A stretch of 35,861 bases of DNA. It comes from Octopus bimaculoides. Lineage: Eukaryota. Position 1 is the first letter of the stretch, and each line of letters opens with the position of its first letter. The stretch spans positions 24,971,898 through 25,007,758 of the forward strand of contig NC_068991.1 of assembly GCF_001194135.2 (NCBI RefSeq), written 5' to 3'. The notes below the pieces were generated by a model that did no database searches, had not been told where the DNA came from, and worked only from the letters and a program-made list of their open reading frames with translations. Below are positions 9,690-21,070 of this stretch, in pieces. Made by a program: the position numbers and the translations under genes.

Positions 9690-10445
9690 CTCCTTTTCAT
9701 CATGATTGCAAGAAAAGATTGACTAACTTCCTGTTGCCAAAGCTCACCTGCCTCCAAGCAAATTAATATTTCTCTATGCCTGACTACTTTTCACAGAAAA
9801 TTGGAAATGAAGGACATTGTTTGTAATATGCTGAGCATCCACTTTAATCCACTGGCACTGCTTTATGTAACTATCCTCATCCATAGGCATCTCATGACCA
9901 AACCCACAGTCTGCTCTTATACATAACTTCTCTCACAATACATTAACTCCTTGTTGTACATGCACACTGACATTTCACATCCAGCAGAGCATACTAGCTT
10001 CATTCCTCTCTCATTTTTGCATGACCTCTACATTCAGGGCCTTTGTCTCACTATCATGTAACCTTACTGTATGTACACCATAAATTCTACCTTTCACTTG
10101 GAGAGAAACCTTTTGTTACGGCGAGCTGGCAGAATCGTTAGCATGCCGGGCAAAATGCTTAGCGGTATTTCGTCTGCCGTTATGTTCTGAGTTCAAATTC
10201 CACCAAGGTCGACTTTGCCATTCACCCTTTCAGGGTCGATAAATTAAATACCAGTTATGCACTGGGGGTCGATGTAATCGACTTAATCCCTTTGTCTGTC
10301 TTTGTTTGTCCCCTCTATGTTTAGCCCCTTGTGGGCAATGTAGAAATAAGAAACCTTTTGTTGCCAACAGAGTTAATAGCTTTCTAAACTTCCTCTTTCC
10401 ACTGCTAATCACATCACCTAGGTAACAGCAGTATCTACTAATTAT
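9690..10445 (-). mobile_element. Old RTE LINE fragment (end of RT and thumb region), interrupted by a SINE
   Basis: Minus-strand translation across stops and frameshifts: CYLGDVISSG..KFRKLLTLLATKGFS..VKGRIY...HDSET...ERNEASMLCWM.NVSV, typical of the region after the RTE RT domain. Confidence 0.75.
10118..10348 (+). mobile_element. SINE family B, full-length, with 14-bp TSD
   Basis: Head ggcgagctggcagaatcg...gagttcaaattcc; central gactttgcc.ttca.cctttcagggtcgataaa..taccag block. TSD AGAAACCTTTTGTT at 10104-10117 and 10349-10362. Confidence 0.92.
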
Positions 10446-10833
10446 TGGGGGTCTCTAGGATTTTGAGAAAATCAACTTCCTGTGTAACACATACAAGCAT
10501 ATACTTACATACTTCTCATTCATCTGTGATCTGGTCACTGTCACTTTGTTAAACTCTATGTAATTTTTTTCTTGTATTTTTCTTTCTCCAAAACTACTGT
10601 GCCCCATTTCCAACAATTTTTCATTCAATTCTACCTTCCACTCCAATTTTCCCCAGAGCGTCAGCCTTCTGGAATTCCTGTTTTAACTTCAATATTCCTA
10701 CATACATTGACTTCCATTTGTTCAAACTGAGTATAACTACCACAATCTCTCCACTCTCATTAGGCCTACAGAAATCCTTTCTTTCTGATTCATCCGTAAA
10801 ATAACTGCTAATACACACAAAATAATATGTTTA

Positions 10834-10994
10834 TAGGTGCAGGCATAGCGTTTTGGTTAGCTTGCATTGCAACCACGTGGTTTCAGGTTCAGTATCCCTA
10901 TGTGGCACTTTGGACAAGCTCCAGGTTAACCAATACCTTGTGAGTGAATATGGGAGATGAAAACTGTGTAGAAGCCCATCATGTATGTGTTTAT

Positions 10995-11035
<41 letters not shown>

Positions 11036-11045
11036 NNNNNNNNNN

Positions 11046-11081
<36 letters not shown>

Positions 11082-11295
11082 TGTCTGTCTGTTTTGGTTC
11101 CACTGCTTGACAACTGGTGTTGGTTTGTTTTTGTCCTTATAACTTAATGGTTCATCAAAATATAATCAATAGATTAAGCTCTAGACTTGAAGCAAATAAC
11201 TATTGGAATTGATTTATTTGACTTAAAACCTTTTATGGCAGTTTCCCAGCATAGCTACAGCCCAGTGACTGAAACAAGTAGAAGAGATGAAGGTA
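10834..11295 (+). mobile_element. SINE family A, full-length and diverged, with internal (TG)n
   Basis: Head taggtgcagg...ggttcagtatcc, body ccttgtgagtgaat, internal (TG)n with a 10-N gap, and 3' end gactgaaacaagtagaagag. Confidence 0.85.
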
Positions 11296-11447
11296 AAAAC
11301 TGTCAATATTAGCACCATAAAAAACATTATTTACTGTATATTGTATCACTGAAAACTGAGATTCTTATGTTTGCCCTTGTGATGTCCACCTTGTGGCTAA
11401 TAAAAGAAATAATAAAATAATAATAATAATAATTTATTATTATTATT

Positions 11448-11784
11448 GCCTTTGTACAGCTTCTAACGCTGGAGATGTATTATAGTGTCAGCTGTTCACT
11501 ACCAGTGAACTAAGGTAACACCTCTTATTTTTTGAGTGCCTTCCAGAATATTCGAGCAGTTACAAGCAGTGCTGTTTTCTGCAAGTGCTCCACCCTTATT
11601 GCAGCCCCTATTTGTTCCACATATTTCTTGAGATTTTGCTCACTGTTCCCAGTGCTTTGACAATTATTGGTACTACTGCTACCCTTTTCATTGACCACAA
11701 CTGCTTAACTTCCTAAGCTAACCTGTCTTATCTCTCAACTTTTCTTTCTTCCTTATCACATACCTTGTTGTCAGCTGGGTATGC
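11448..11784 (-). mobile_element. R4/Dong-like non-LTR retrotransposon 3' end (restriction-like endonuclease C-terminus)
   Basis: Minus strand reads AYPADNKVCDKEERKVER*DRLA*EVKQLWSMKRVAVVPIIVKALGTVSK/LKKYVEQIGAAIRVEHLQKTALLVTARIFWKALKK* (2 stops, 1 frameshift). It is flanked on both sides by (TAA)n. Confidence 0.8.
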
Positions 11785-11807
11785 TTATTATTATTATTAT
11801 TATTATT

Positions 11808-12015
11808 AAGATGGTGAGCTGGTAGAATTGTTAGCACGCCAGGTGAAATGCTTACCAGTATTTTGTTTGCCACTGCATTCTGAGTTCAAATTCCACCGAG
11901 GTTGACTTTCATCCTTTTGGGGGTCAATAAATAAAGTACTAGTCAAGTACTGGGGTGGATGTGATTGACTTTTCCCCTCCCCCAAAATTTCAAGCCTTGT
12001 GCTTTAGTAGAAAGG

Positions 12016-12047
<32 letters not shown>

Positions 12048-12655
12048 GGTGGAAAGCTGGCAGAGTTGTTACCATGTTGGGAAAAATGCCTAGTGGCATT
12101 TCAGTTGTCTTTAAATTCTGAGTTCAAATGCTGCCAAAGTTGACTTTACTTTTTTCATTCTGTTGGGGTTGATAAGTTAAGTACCAGTTCAGTACTGGGG
12201 TCAGTGTCATCAACTTATACCCTCTCCTAAAATTACTGGCCTTGTAACAAAATTCGCAACCATTATTATTATTGTTAAGTTAGTGGAGCTGGTAGAATTG
12301 TTAATGGTAATCCATTTGTCTTGATAAAATAAGTGCTAGTCGTTAATATAATCAACTAATCTTTCCTTCAAAATTTCAGGCTTTGTGTCTTTAGTAGAAA
12401 GGATTATTGTTATTATTGATGCAGCAAGCTGGCAGAATCATTGGCATGCTGGACAAAATGCTTAGTGGCATTTTGTCTGTCTATGTTCTGAGATCAAATC
12501 CCACTGAGTTTGACTTTGCCTTCCATCCTTTCAGGGTTGATGATACAAGTACCAGCTGAGTACTGGATTGAGGTAATTGACTAGCCCCCCTCAGTCAAAA
12601 TTTCACATCTTGTGCCTAAATAGAAATTATTATTATTATGATTATTATTGTTATT
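11808..12655 (+). mobile_element. Head-to-tail array of four family B SINEs separated by (ATT)n
   Basis: Copies start near 11808, 12046, 12277 (internally deleted) and 12418. Each has a g.gagctgg.agaat head and ends in (ATT)n. Confidence 0.88.
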
Positions 12656-13290
12656 TTATTTTTTTTCCCCCTCAAGCCTTCAGTTAAAGAGAAGAGACGT
12701 TTAGGGTTAGAAGCAGAATGTCTTTTCAAATAGCCAAATATGGTAAAAGATATTGGAAATGATAGCTTTCAACTATCTCTCACCATATTCCTCAAGTTAA
12801 ACAGGTTTTTTAAAAACACGTGGAAAAAAAATTGGTTAATTAATGTCAGTCATACTTAGACTGTGTACCTTTTGCAACTGTTTATTCTCTTTTTGTTTGT
12901 TTTCCACTATCATTAAATTTCTCATCAGAATTTTTTAATGTTTTTACCACTTTCTTGTTTGTCAAATCAACTTACCTGACCAGCCTACCTATGCTTCTTC
13001 TTATTACCTCATTTCCTCTCCACCATCATTACAATTCAGCTCTTCTGCAATGAATAGCAAGACTACTACTTATACATTTCCTGTTGGTTTGCTTCACATT
13101 TTTTGCACACACACACACACACACATGCACACTCACATCATACATTCATAGCCACACAATATTCAGAATCCATATCTTATACTACAACTCTGTGTTTGTG
13201 TGTGTGTGTGTGTGTGTGCGTGTGTGTGTGTGTATGTACATATATATACACACACACATATATTGTTTAACATCCTCCTCCTAATATATG

Positions 13291-13607
13291 TGTGGCACCT
13301 TGGGCAAGTGTCTTCTACTATAGCCTCGGGCCGACCAAAGCCTTGTGAGTGGATTTGGTAGATGGAAACTGAAAGAAGCCCATCGTATATATGTATATAT
13401 ATATATGTATGTGTGTATGTGTGTCTGTGTTTGTCCCCCCAACATCGCTTCACAACTGATGCTGGTGTGTTTACGTCCCCGTAACTTAGCGGTTCGGCAA
13501 ACGAGATCGATAGAATAAGTACTAGGCTTCCAAAGAATAAGTCCTGGGGTCGATTTGCTTGACTAAAGGCAGTGCTCCAGCATGGCTGCAGTCAAATGAC
13601 TAAAACA
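13291..13607 (+). mobile_element. SINE family A, 5'-truncated and CpG-rich, running into a gap
   Basis: gtggcaccttgggcaagtgtcttctactatagcctcgggccgacc...internal (TA)/(TG)...gtccccgtaacttagcggttcggc...gtcaaatgactaaaaca. Confidence 0.9.
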
Positions 13608-14276
13608 NNNNNNNNNNNNNNNNNNNNNNNNNNNNNNNNNNNNNNNNNNNNNNNNNNNNNNNNNNNNNNNNNNNNNNNNNNNNNNNNNNNNNNNNNNNNN
13701 NNNNNNNNNNNNNNNNNNNNNNNNNNNNNNNNNNNNNNNNNNNNNNNNNNNNNNNNNNNNNNNNNNNNNNNNNNNNNNNNNNNNNNNNNNNNNNNNNNNN
13801 NNNNNNNNNNNNNNNNNNNNNNNNNNNNNNNNNNNNNNNNNNNNNNNNNNNNNNNNNNNNNNNNNNNNNNNNNNNNNNNNNNNNNNNNNNNNNNNNNNNN
13901 NNNNNNNNNNNNNNNNNNNNNNNNNNNNNNNNNNNNNNNNNNNNNNNNNNNNNNNNNNNNNNNNNNNNNNNNNNNNNNNNNNNNNNNNNNNNNNNNNNNN
14001 NNNNNNNNNNNNNNNNNNNNNNNNNNNNNNNNNNNNNNNNNNNNNNNNNNNNNNNNNNNNNNNNNNNNNNNNNNNNNNNNNNNNNNNNNNNNNNNNNNNN
14101 NNNNNNNNNNNNNNNNNNNNNNNNNNNNNNNNNNNNNNNNNNNNNNNNNNNNNNNATATTGCATTTAAGGTAATGCTCGCATTACTTAAATAAATTGAAG
14201 TAGCATGAAACGTGCGTACTGCAATCACTTTTGAAATCCGTGTTGCTTATTGTTTTATATATATATATATATGTAT

Positions 14277-14323
<47 letters not shown>

Positions 14324-14484
14324 CAATTGTGTAATTGGTTACTGGTTTCTAGTGGGCCAGTCACTGATTCATTGTTTTTATGATGGCACCTGTGGAAAGG
14401 GAGTATCTGTACACAGTGCAGAACAAATGTCACAAGAGTCTCACTTTGAAAAGTACTGGTTTATCAACTGCTGTGAGATAACAG

Positions 14485-14600
14485 TTGAAGCAAATTTGTT
14501 CCAGTGCTCTGAGTTCAAATCTCATGCCGAGCAGCATTACATTTCATATTTATTGGGTTGATAAATATAGTACAGCCGAAATAATGGGAGTTGATTCTTC
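14485..14600 (+). mobile_element. Degenerate family B SINE remnant
   Basis: ctgagttcaaatc...ttcat...gggttgataaatatagtacag matches the B-box and central block of family B. Confidence 0.5.
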
Positions 14601-14726
14601 TATCTGTCTATCTGTCTGTCCATCTGTCTGTCTCTCAGAGTTAGCAGTTTTGCTCTTTGAGGTGTATAGATACTGATGAGCTTTAATATATGTATGTATG
14701 TATGTATGTAGATACTATCTACGTAG

Positions 14727-14759
<33 letters not shown>

Positions 14760-14761
<2 letters not shown>

Positions 14762-14902
14762 GGCGCAGGAGTGGCTGTGTGGTAAGTAGCTTGCTTACCA
14801 ACCACATGGTTGGTACCTTGGGCAAGTGTCTTCTATTATGGCCTCAGGCTGACCAAGGCCTTGTGAGGGGATTTGGCAGACGGAAACTGAAAGACGCCTG
14901 TC

Positions 14903-14938
<36 letters not shown>
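14760..14938 (+). mobile_element. SINE family A, 5' half (B-box region deleted) ending in (TA)n and a gap
   Basis: taggcgcaggagtggctgtgtggtaagtagcttgcttaccaaccacatggtt|ggtaccttgggcaagtgtc...ggaaactgaaagacgcctgtcg(ta)n. Confidence 0.88.
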
Positions 14939-15509
14939 NNNNNNNNNNNNNNNNNNNNNNNNNNNNNNNNNNNNNNNNNNNNNNNNNNNNNNNNNNNNNN
15001 NNNNNNNNNNNNNNNNNNNNNNNNNNNNNNNNNNNNNNNNNNNNNNNNNNNNNNNNNNNNNNNNNNNNNNNNNNNNNNNNNNNNNNNNNNNNNNNNNNNN
15101 NNNNNNNNNNNNNNNNNNNNNNNNNNNNNNNNNNNNNNNNNNNNNNNNNNNNNNNNNNNNNNNNNNNNNNNNNNNNNNNNNNNNNNNNNNNNNNNNNNNN
15201 NNNNNNNNNNNNNNNNNNNNNNNNNNNNNNNNNNNNNNNNNNNNNNNNNNNNNNNNNNNNNNNNNNNNNNNNNNNNNNNNNNNNNNNNNNNNNNNNNNNN
15301 NNNNNNNNNNNNNNNNNNNNNNNNNNNNNNNNNNNNNNNNNNNNNNNNNNNNNNNNNNNNNNNNNNNNNNNNNNNNNNNNNNNNNNNNNNNNNNNNNNNN
15401 NNNNNNNNNNNNNNNNNNNNNNNNNNNNNNNNNNNNNNNNNNNNNNNNNNNNNNNNNNNNNNNNNNNNNNNNNNNNNNNNNNNNNNNNNNNNNNNNNNNN
15501 NNNNNNNNN

Positions 15510-15565
<56 letters not shown>

Positions 15566-16400
15566 TGTTCCCATTTTCTCTTTCTCTCTGTTCTTATCAC
15601 CTCCTCTGTTGTCATTAATCTTTGTTTTTCACTCTTTAAACTCTCCCTCCCTCTTACCCCTCTCCCTCCCTCTTACCACTCTCCTCTTCTCACTCTCACC
15701 TCCTCACTCTCTCATTGCCACTGTAACCCCCTTTTATTCAACTCTCCTCTCTCACTCTTCAACATATTCTATTAATTCATCCCACTCTTATTCTGTCTGA
15801 CTCTCCTATTTCACCCCCATCCTTGCCCCCACATTGCTAGATATGTCATGGGTTGACACTTGTGGTATGTTTGCAAATACCAGGTGTACAAACCTGACAT
15901 TCTATACATATTTTATATTTGAGAATGTTCAAAGTATCATATATAGAAATTTACCTACAATTTCCATGTTAGCCTTATTTGTGTGTCTCTCTCTGTTGGC
16001 CTATATATCTACCTGTATGTCTGTTCATCAGTATATTCATTCATTTATAAACCCACCTTTCTATCTTCACGCCCATTTATCTACCTTCTTATTTATCTGC
16101 ATAACTATTTGTTTCCGTAGCAATCTTTTTTTTTTTCTTGCATACCTATCTATTTGTTACTAACCTATTTATCTACATTGCTGTTTATTGCTCTACACAC
16201 CTCTGTATACGAATACCTATCTATTTAGATACCTACCTGTTTGTCTACATAGCTGTCTACATACCTACCTAGCTTTATATCTACTTACCTATCCATCTAT
16301 TTACCTATCTATTTGAATACCTATTTGTCTATATACCTATTTGAGTACCAACCTACCTGTCTACATACCTATATCTAATCTAATACATTATATTTTATAT
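15510..16400. repeat. (CA)n, CT-rich tract and degenerate (CTAT/CCTA)n low-complexity sequence
   Basis: Read directly from the sequence. Confidence 0.75.
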
Positions 16401-16724
16401 AAATATATTAATAAATTGTAAACATAATATAAATATATTACTATATATCTCTTATCTATAATATACATGTACATGATTATGCACATATACACCTGTGTGT
16501 CTCTCAGGTCATTCTATGTAAATACCCATTCTATCTGTTCTTGTCTAGATGGTGGTATGGGTCATCAGTCTATTTATCCATCCATCTGCATACCTTCTTA
16601 ACTATTTACTTAATACCCCACCTTTTTTTTTTTATCTGTCAGTCTATCTACATGGCTGTCTACTCACCCTTCCTTTCTGCAAGGGTACCTTAAGCTCCAC
16701 CCACTTAATTAGCTGCCAGTTTTA

Positions 16725-16782
16725 TCTATATATATAAAAATGAGAATGTCTGTCTGCCTGTCTGTCTGCCTGTCTGTCTGCC

Positions 16783-16813
<31 letters not shown>

Positions 16814-18077
16814 GTGAATCCCTAAAACTCGAGAACTACGCAACCAATTTCATTCAAATTTTACAGATGCCTTACTTAGGGTTCCAGTTGTGTTTTAGTC
16901 AAAAAAAAATTTTAACNNNNNNNNNNNNNNNNNNNNNNNNNNNNNNNNNNNNNNNNNNNNNNNNNNNNNNNNNNNNNNNNNNNNNNNNNNNNNNNNNNNN
17001 NNNNNNNNNNNNNNNNNNNNNNNNNNNNNNNNNNNNNNNNNNNNNNNNNNNNNNNNNNNNNNNNNNNNNNNNNNNNNNNNNNNNNNNNNNNNNNNNNNNN
17101 NNNNNNNNNNNNNNNNNNNNNNNNNNNNNNNNNNNNNNNNNNNNNNNNNNNNNNNNNNNNNNNNNNNNNNNNNNNNNNNNNNNNNNNNNNNNNNNNNNNN
17201 NNNNNNNNNNNNNNNNNNNNNNNNNNNNNNNNNNNNNNNNNNNNNNNNNNNNNNNNNNNNNNNNNNNNNNNNNNNNNNNNNNNNNNNNNNNNNNNNNNNN
17301 NNNNNNNNNNNNNNNNNNNNNNNNNNNNNNNNNNNNNNNNNNNNNNNNNNNNNNNNNNNNNNNNNNNNNNNNNNNNNNNNNNNNNNNNNNNNNNNNNNNN
17401 NNNNNNNNNNNNNNNNNNNNNNNNNNNNNNNNNNNNNNNNNNNNNNNNNNNNNNNNNNNNNNNNNNNNNNNNNNNNNNNNNNNNNNNNNNNNNNNNNNNN
17501 NNNNNNNNNNNNNNNNNNNNNNNNNNNNNNNNNNNNNNNNNNNNNNNNNNNNNNNNNNNNNNNNNNNNNNNNNNNNNNNNNNNNNNNNNNNNNNNNNNNN
17601 NNNNNNNNNNNNNNNNNNNNNNNNNNNNNNNNNNNNNNNNNNNNNNNNNNNNNNNNNNNNNNNNNNNNNNNNNNNNNNNNNNNNNNNNNNNNNNNNNNNN
17701 NNNNNNNNNNNNNNNNNNNNNNNNNNNNNNNNNAATGTGGTGCATAAATTGTCAAGTAAATGAGATGCATCTTTGCCTCTACTGATTCACTTGCAAAGTG
17801 TTGAGTAAAATTATTTCGTTGCAGACCTCCTTTGGGTCTTTTTATTATCACTGCAACACACATAGTCCCCAGTTGGTAACATTGATTTCAAGGCCCTCCT
17901 AGATGAGAGACTGGCATTCCACTTAATGTCTATGTTCCATGCTGGCATGGATTGGAGAGTTAATAATGTAGAAATATGGTATCGTAGCTACTAACAGTTG
18001 AGGGTTGCGTAGTCTAGACGGCGTTTTTAGATTTCATTATTCTCTTTAACCTGGGCAAAGCCGGGTATTTCTGCTAG
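16725..18077 (+). mobile_element. Non-autonomous Helitron-like element (817 N inside)
   Basis: 5' junction A|TC at 16724/16725, then a (CTGT)n tract and the aaccaatttcattcaaatttt block. The 3' end has a GC hairpin acctgggc-aaa-gccgggt (18049-18066), then CTAG|T at 18074-18078. That both ends belong to one element is inferred across the gap. Confidence 0.7.
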
Positions 18078-18419
18078 TTATTTATAAAATAACAGCAAAA
18101 CCTGCTACACTTTGATGGTGAGAGCAATGCACTGTCTTACTCTATGAGCTAAACCAGGCATGGCTAACCTTTTGTTTTGAGATGTGGGCCACATGAGGCA
18201 CGGTTCATCATTAGATAGGTCACACTAAAAAGATTCAAGGTGATTTTTTCATTGGCATACCATTCAGAAAGTCCCATGGACTGCAGTTTGTCTATGACTA
18301 AGCTAATCACTTCTGAACCTGCCAGAAATAGTGACTACTCTTCATTTCATACTGCACATGAGCATCAGAGAAAGAGGAAGGGCATATTAGATAAAGTAAT
18401 TTTTTCATGTTCTCACTGA

Positions 18420-18425
<6 letters not shown>

Positions 18426-18462
<37 letters not shown>

Positions 18463-18640
18463 GTTTCAAATTTTGGTACAAGGCCAGCAGTGTTAAGGGA
18501 AGAAGGCAAGTTGATTACCTCAACCCCAGTATGTAACTAATACTATATTTTATTGACTCCCAGAGGAATGAAACGCAATGTTAATCTCAACAGGATTTGA
18601 ACTTGAAATGTACTGAGTGTTGGTAGTATGAAAATAAAAG
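18426..18640 (-). mobile_element. SINE family B, diverged, with (ATT)n tail
   Basis: Reverse complement agttcaaatcc...ttcattcctctgggagtcaataaaat...actggggttgaggtaatcaact...ccttgtaccaaaatttgaaac(att)n. Confidence 0.8.
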
Positions 18641-18864
18641 TAGCCAGTATTTGCTGTAAAGTAGTTGGTTCTAGGTGGGACATCCAGCCATTACATACCA
18701 AAGCAGACACTGGACCATGATTAGTCCTTGAACTTCTGTCAAACCACCCAGTCCATGCCAATGTGGGTTGATGATAATGATGATGGTGTTTGCAGGTGAG
18801 GCTCATCTGCTGCTATAGATCTGCACTTGCATAACTCTTCTTCAAGGCACATCTGTGTGTATAT

Positions 18865-19170
18865 GTGAAGCTGCATATCCAGTCTGGTGGCTAGAGTGTT
18901 TGGTTCATGATCATAACTTCATGAGTTCAGTTCCTGGATTAGATGGCAACATACTTTATTTCACATTGCTCCAATTTACTCAGCTGAAAATGAATACCAG
19001 CCAAGTGTGGGTGCAACTCCCTCCATCCATCTGTTACATCCTGGATGTGACACCTCGATCAAAGGGGGGCTGAGTTGCAAGGGTCTCTATATTTGCTTGT
19101 GACTACATTGACACCTAAAACAAATTGCAAAAGCATGGTATATGTTACCAAGCGATGCTCATTTATGGGT
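18865..19170 (+). mobile_element. Diverged SINE related to family D
   Basis: Degenerate head (tggtggctagagtg; gagttcagttcc) and the block tttcacattgctcca, shared with 27868-28121. Confidence 0.55.
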
Positions 19171-19216
19171 GATGACTGGCTGTTACATGTCGTCATTGTC
19201 ACCATCGTCATCATCA

Positions 19217-19298
19217 ATCTTCTGACTTGCTAGCTCCTGTCAAACTGTCCAACCCATGCCAGCATAGAAAAAGGGTCAGTAAATGAGGATGATGATGA
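19217..19298 (+). mobile_element. Short RTE-type 3' tail
   Basis: gtcaaactgtccaacccatgccagcatagaaaa...aaatgaggatgatgatgat. Confidence 0.6.
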
Positions 19299-19798
19299 TA
19301 TACATGTACACACACACACACACCAACTGGAAACAATACAATAAAGAACAAGAATAAAACAATTAAAATGCCTCCCATCTCTCACACTGGTTAATTAATT
19401 AACTTTTATGCTGTGATTATTTCTAAATATAATTTAATGAACTGATCAGTTGATTCAAATTCTTATCAAAACAACAAGCTAAATAAATGTTCAGCCAGAA
19501 CTTCCATTTGCATATACATGGACAGGCCATAGTAATTTCCCGTCACTGTTATTAATTGATCTGTTGTAATCACCAACAAGCCATATAGACTTCTGTTCCT
19601 TAGAACAAGTTTTAAGCATTGCTGATTTCTCTTTTGTTGTTTTTTGTTTGCAAGATTGAAGTTTGTATCATTAATCATATCCTCTCTGTTTTTTTCTGTA
19701 ATATTTTTACCTCCACTTTGGTCATGTAAGGACTCCTCTGAATATATTTGGTTTGGGTACATTTGAATGTACCATTCCTAATTAATGTTGCCCTGGGT

Positions 19799-19865
19799 TG
19801 GATTTACAGAACTAGGATTAGCATTAAAATCTGGTGGATTTACAGAACTAGGATTAGCATTAAAA
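19799..19865. repeat. Perfect 31-bp tandem duplication (period 36)
   Basis: tggatttacagaactaggattagcattaaaa at 19799-19829 and 19835-19865. Confidence 0.95.
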
Positions 19866-19887
19866 AATATTTAACCTACTCCTCCTT

Positions 19888-20340
19888 ATCATCATCATCA
19901 TCATCATCCTTTAATGTCCGTTTTCCATGTTGGCATGAGTTGGACGGTTTGACCAGAGCTGGCAAGCAGGAGAGCTGCACCAGACTAGTCTGATTTGGCA
20001 AGGTTTCTACAGTTTGATGCCCTTCCTGAGGCCAACCACTTTACAGTGTGTGCTGAGTGCTTTTAACATTGCACTGGTACGAACACTTTTACATGGCACT
20101 GACATGAGTGTTTTCTCTGTAGCATAGGACCCTTGCAAGCCAACCCTCTTCAGGGCAAGTGACCTTAATGCTTCTACTGTAGAGGGTTGGTCTTCTTTAG
20201 TTCAACAAGGTGCCAGATATCTGTCCTTTGTCATTTTGTCTGACAGTTTCAGCATCCTGAAGTTGTCCTTCAGTACCTCATCCCACATCTTTCTCTGTCT
20301 CCCTCTTACACGAGTTCCATCCACTTTGAGAGATTGGCAA
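19888..20340 (-). mobile_element. RTE LINE 3' end (ORF C-terminus, 3' UTR, (GAT)n tail)
   Basis: Minus strand reads SLKVDGTRVRGRQRKMWDEVLKDNFRMLKLSDKMTKDR, then a UTR with gtggttggcctcaggaagggcatc..gtagaaacc and catgccaacatggaaaacggacattaaag(gat)n. Confidence 0.85.
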
Positions 20341-20811
20341 TGTTAAAACAGATTATTTATGTTTCTATTAGTTTTAAAAATAAGGAAGAATGTGGTAAAA
20401 TAACTAAGTCATTATTAAACTGGTATTTGGAACATAAATTAATATGAAATGTAATACTTATTTATTCACATTGTTTTGTTTTTTAATCATACATTATCTC
20501 ATAGCTTTGAAAGTTTGATGTGATTGCATATTTTTCGAATGACATGGTAGAGTAGCTGGTTTGAGTAATAAGCAGGTAGAAATTTGGGCTGGATATGGTC
20601 AGTTTAAATGCTGAAGAGTAAAATACTAGTTATTGCATCGATTTTTGGCTGGAAATTATGGAGCTGTAATAAAAAAAAAACAAACAAATGAAAATAGTGG
20701 TGCACCATTTTTTGGTGGTTAGATTAGTTAGATGGTGTATTTGTATGTGTGTGATAAAGTGGTGGCAGCTTTGCACAAGGTTCATGTATGATACCTGCAC
20801 ACTATTTTCAA

Positions 20812-21070
20812 TATTGGAGCAGAAGTGGCTCTGAATTGGCAGAGTTGATAGAACATCAGATAGAACACCTCTTGGTATTTGTTCTAACTCATTGCATTCT
20901 GGGTTCGAATGCTGCTGAGGTCAGCTTTCTGTTTCATCCCTTCAGAATCAACACCAAAAAGTATCAATCTAAGGTGATTGGTTGGCAGAACTATTAGAAG
21001 ATCAGGCAGAATGCCTTGCAGTATTTGTTTTGGTTCTTTGTCTTCTGAGTTCAAATCCAGCTGTGGTCTA
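20812..21070 (+). mobile_element. Two adjacent degenerate family B SINE heads
   Basis: gaattggcagagttgatagaacatc...ctgggttcgaatgc...tttcatcccttcag, followed by ggttggcagaactattagaag...ctgagttcaaatcc. Confidence 0.55.

Noticed and set aside
3232-10445. One large RTE element made from the two minus-strand fragments
   Set aside because: The domain order on the minus strand would be thumb before APE, and the decay levels differ. They are separate insertions.
13563-17863. Long ORFs of 190-322 aa in the track
   Set aside because: They consist almost entirely of X from N-gaps. The same applies at 2696-3050, 7840-8217, 31718-32398 and 33443-33941.
18095-18160. tRNA-like head on the minus strand (TAGCTCATAGAG...)
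   Set aside because: The B box is too degenerate and no body or second copy is evident.
19799-19865. CRISPR-like repeat
   Set aside because: There are only two units with a 5-nt spacer, in eukaryotic DNA with no cas genes. It is a simple tandem duplication.
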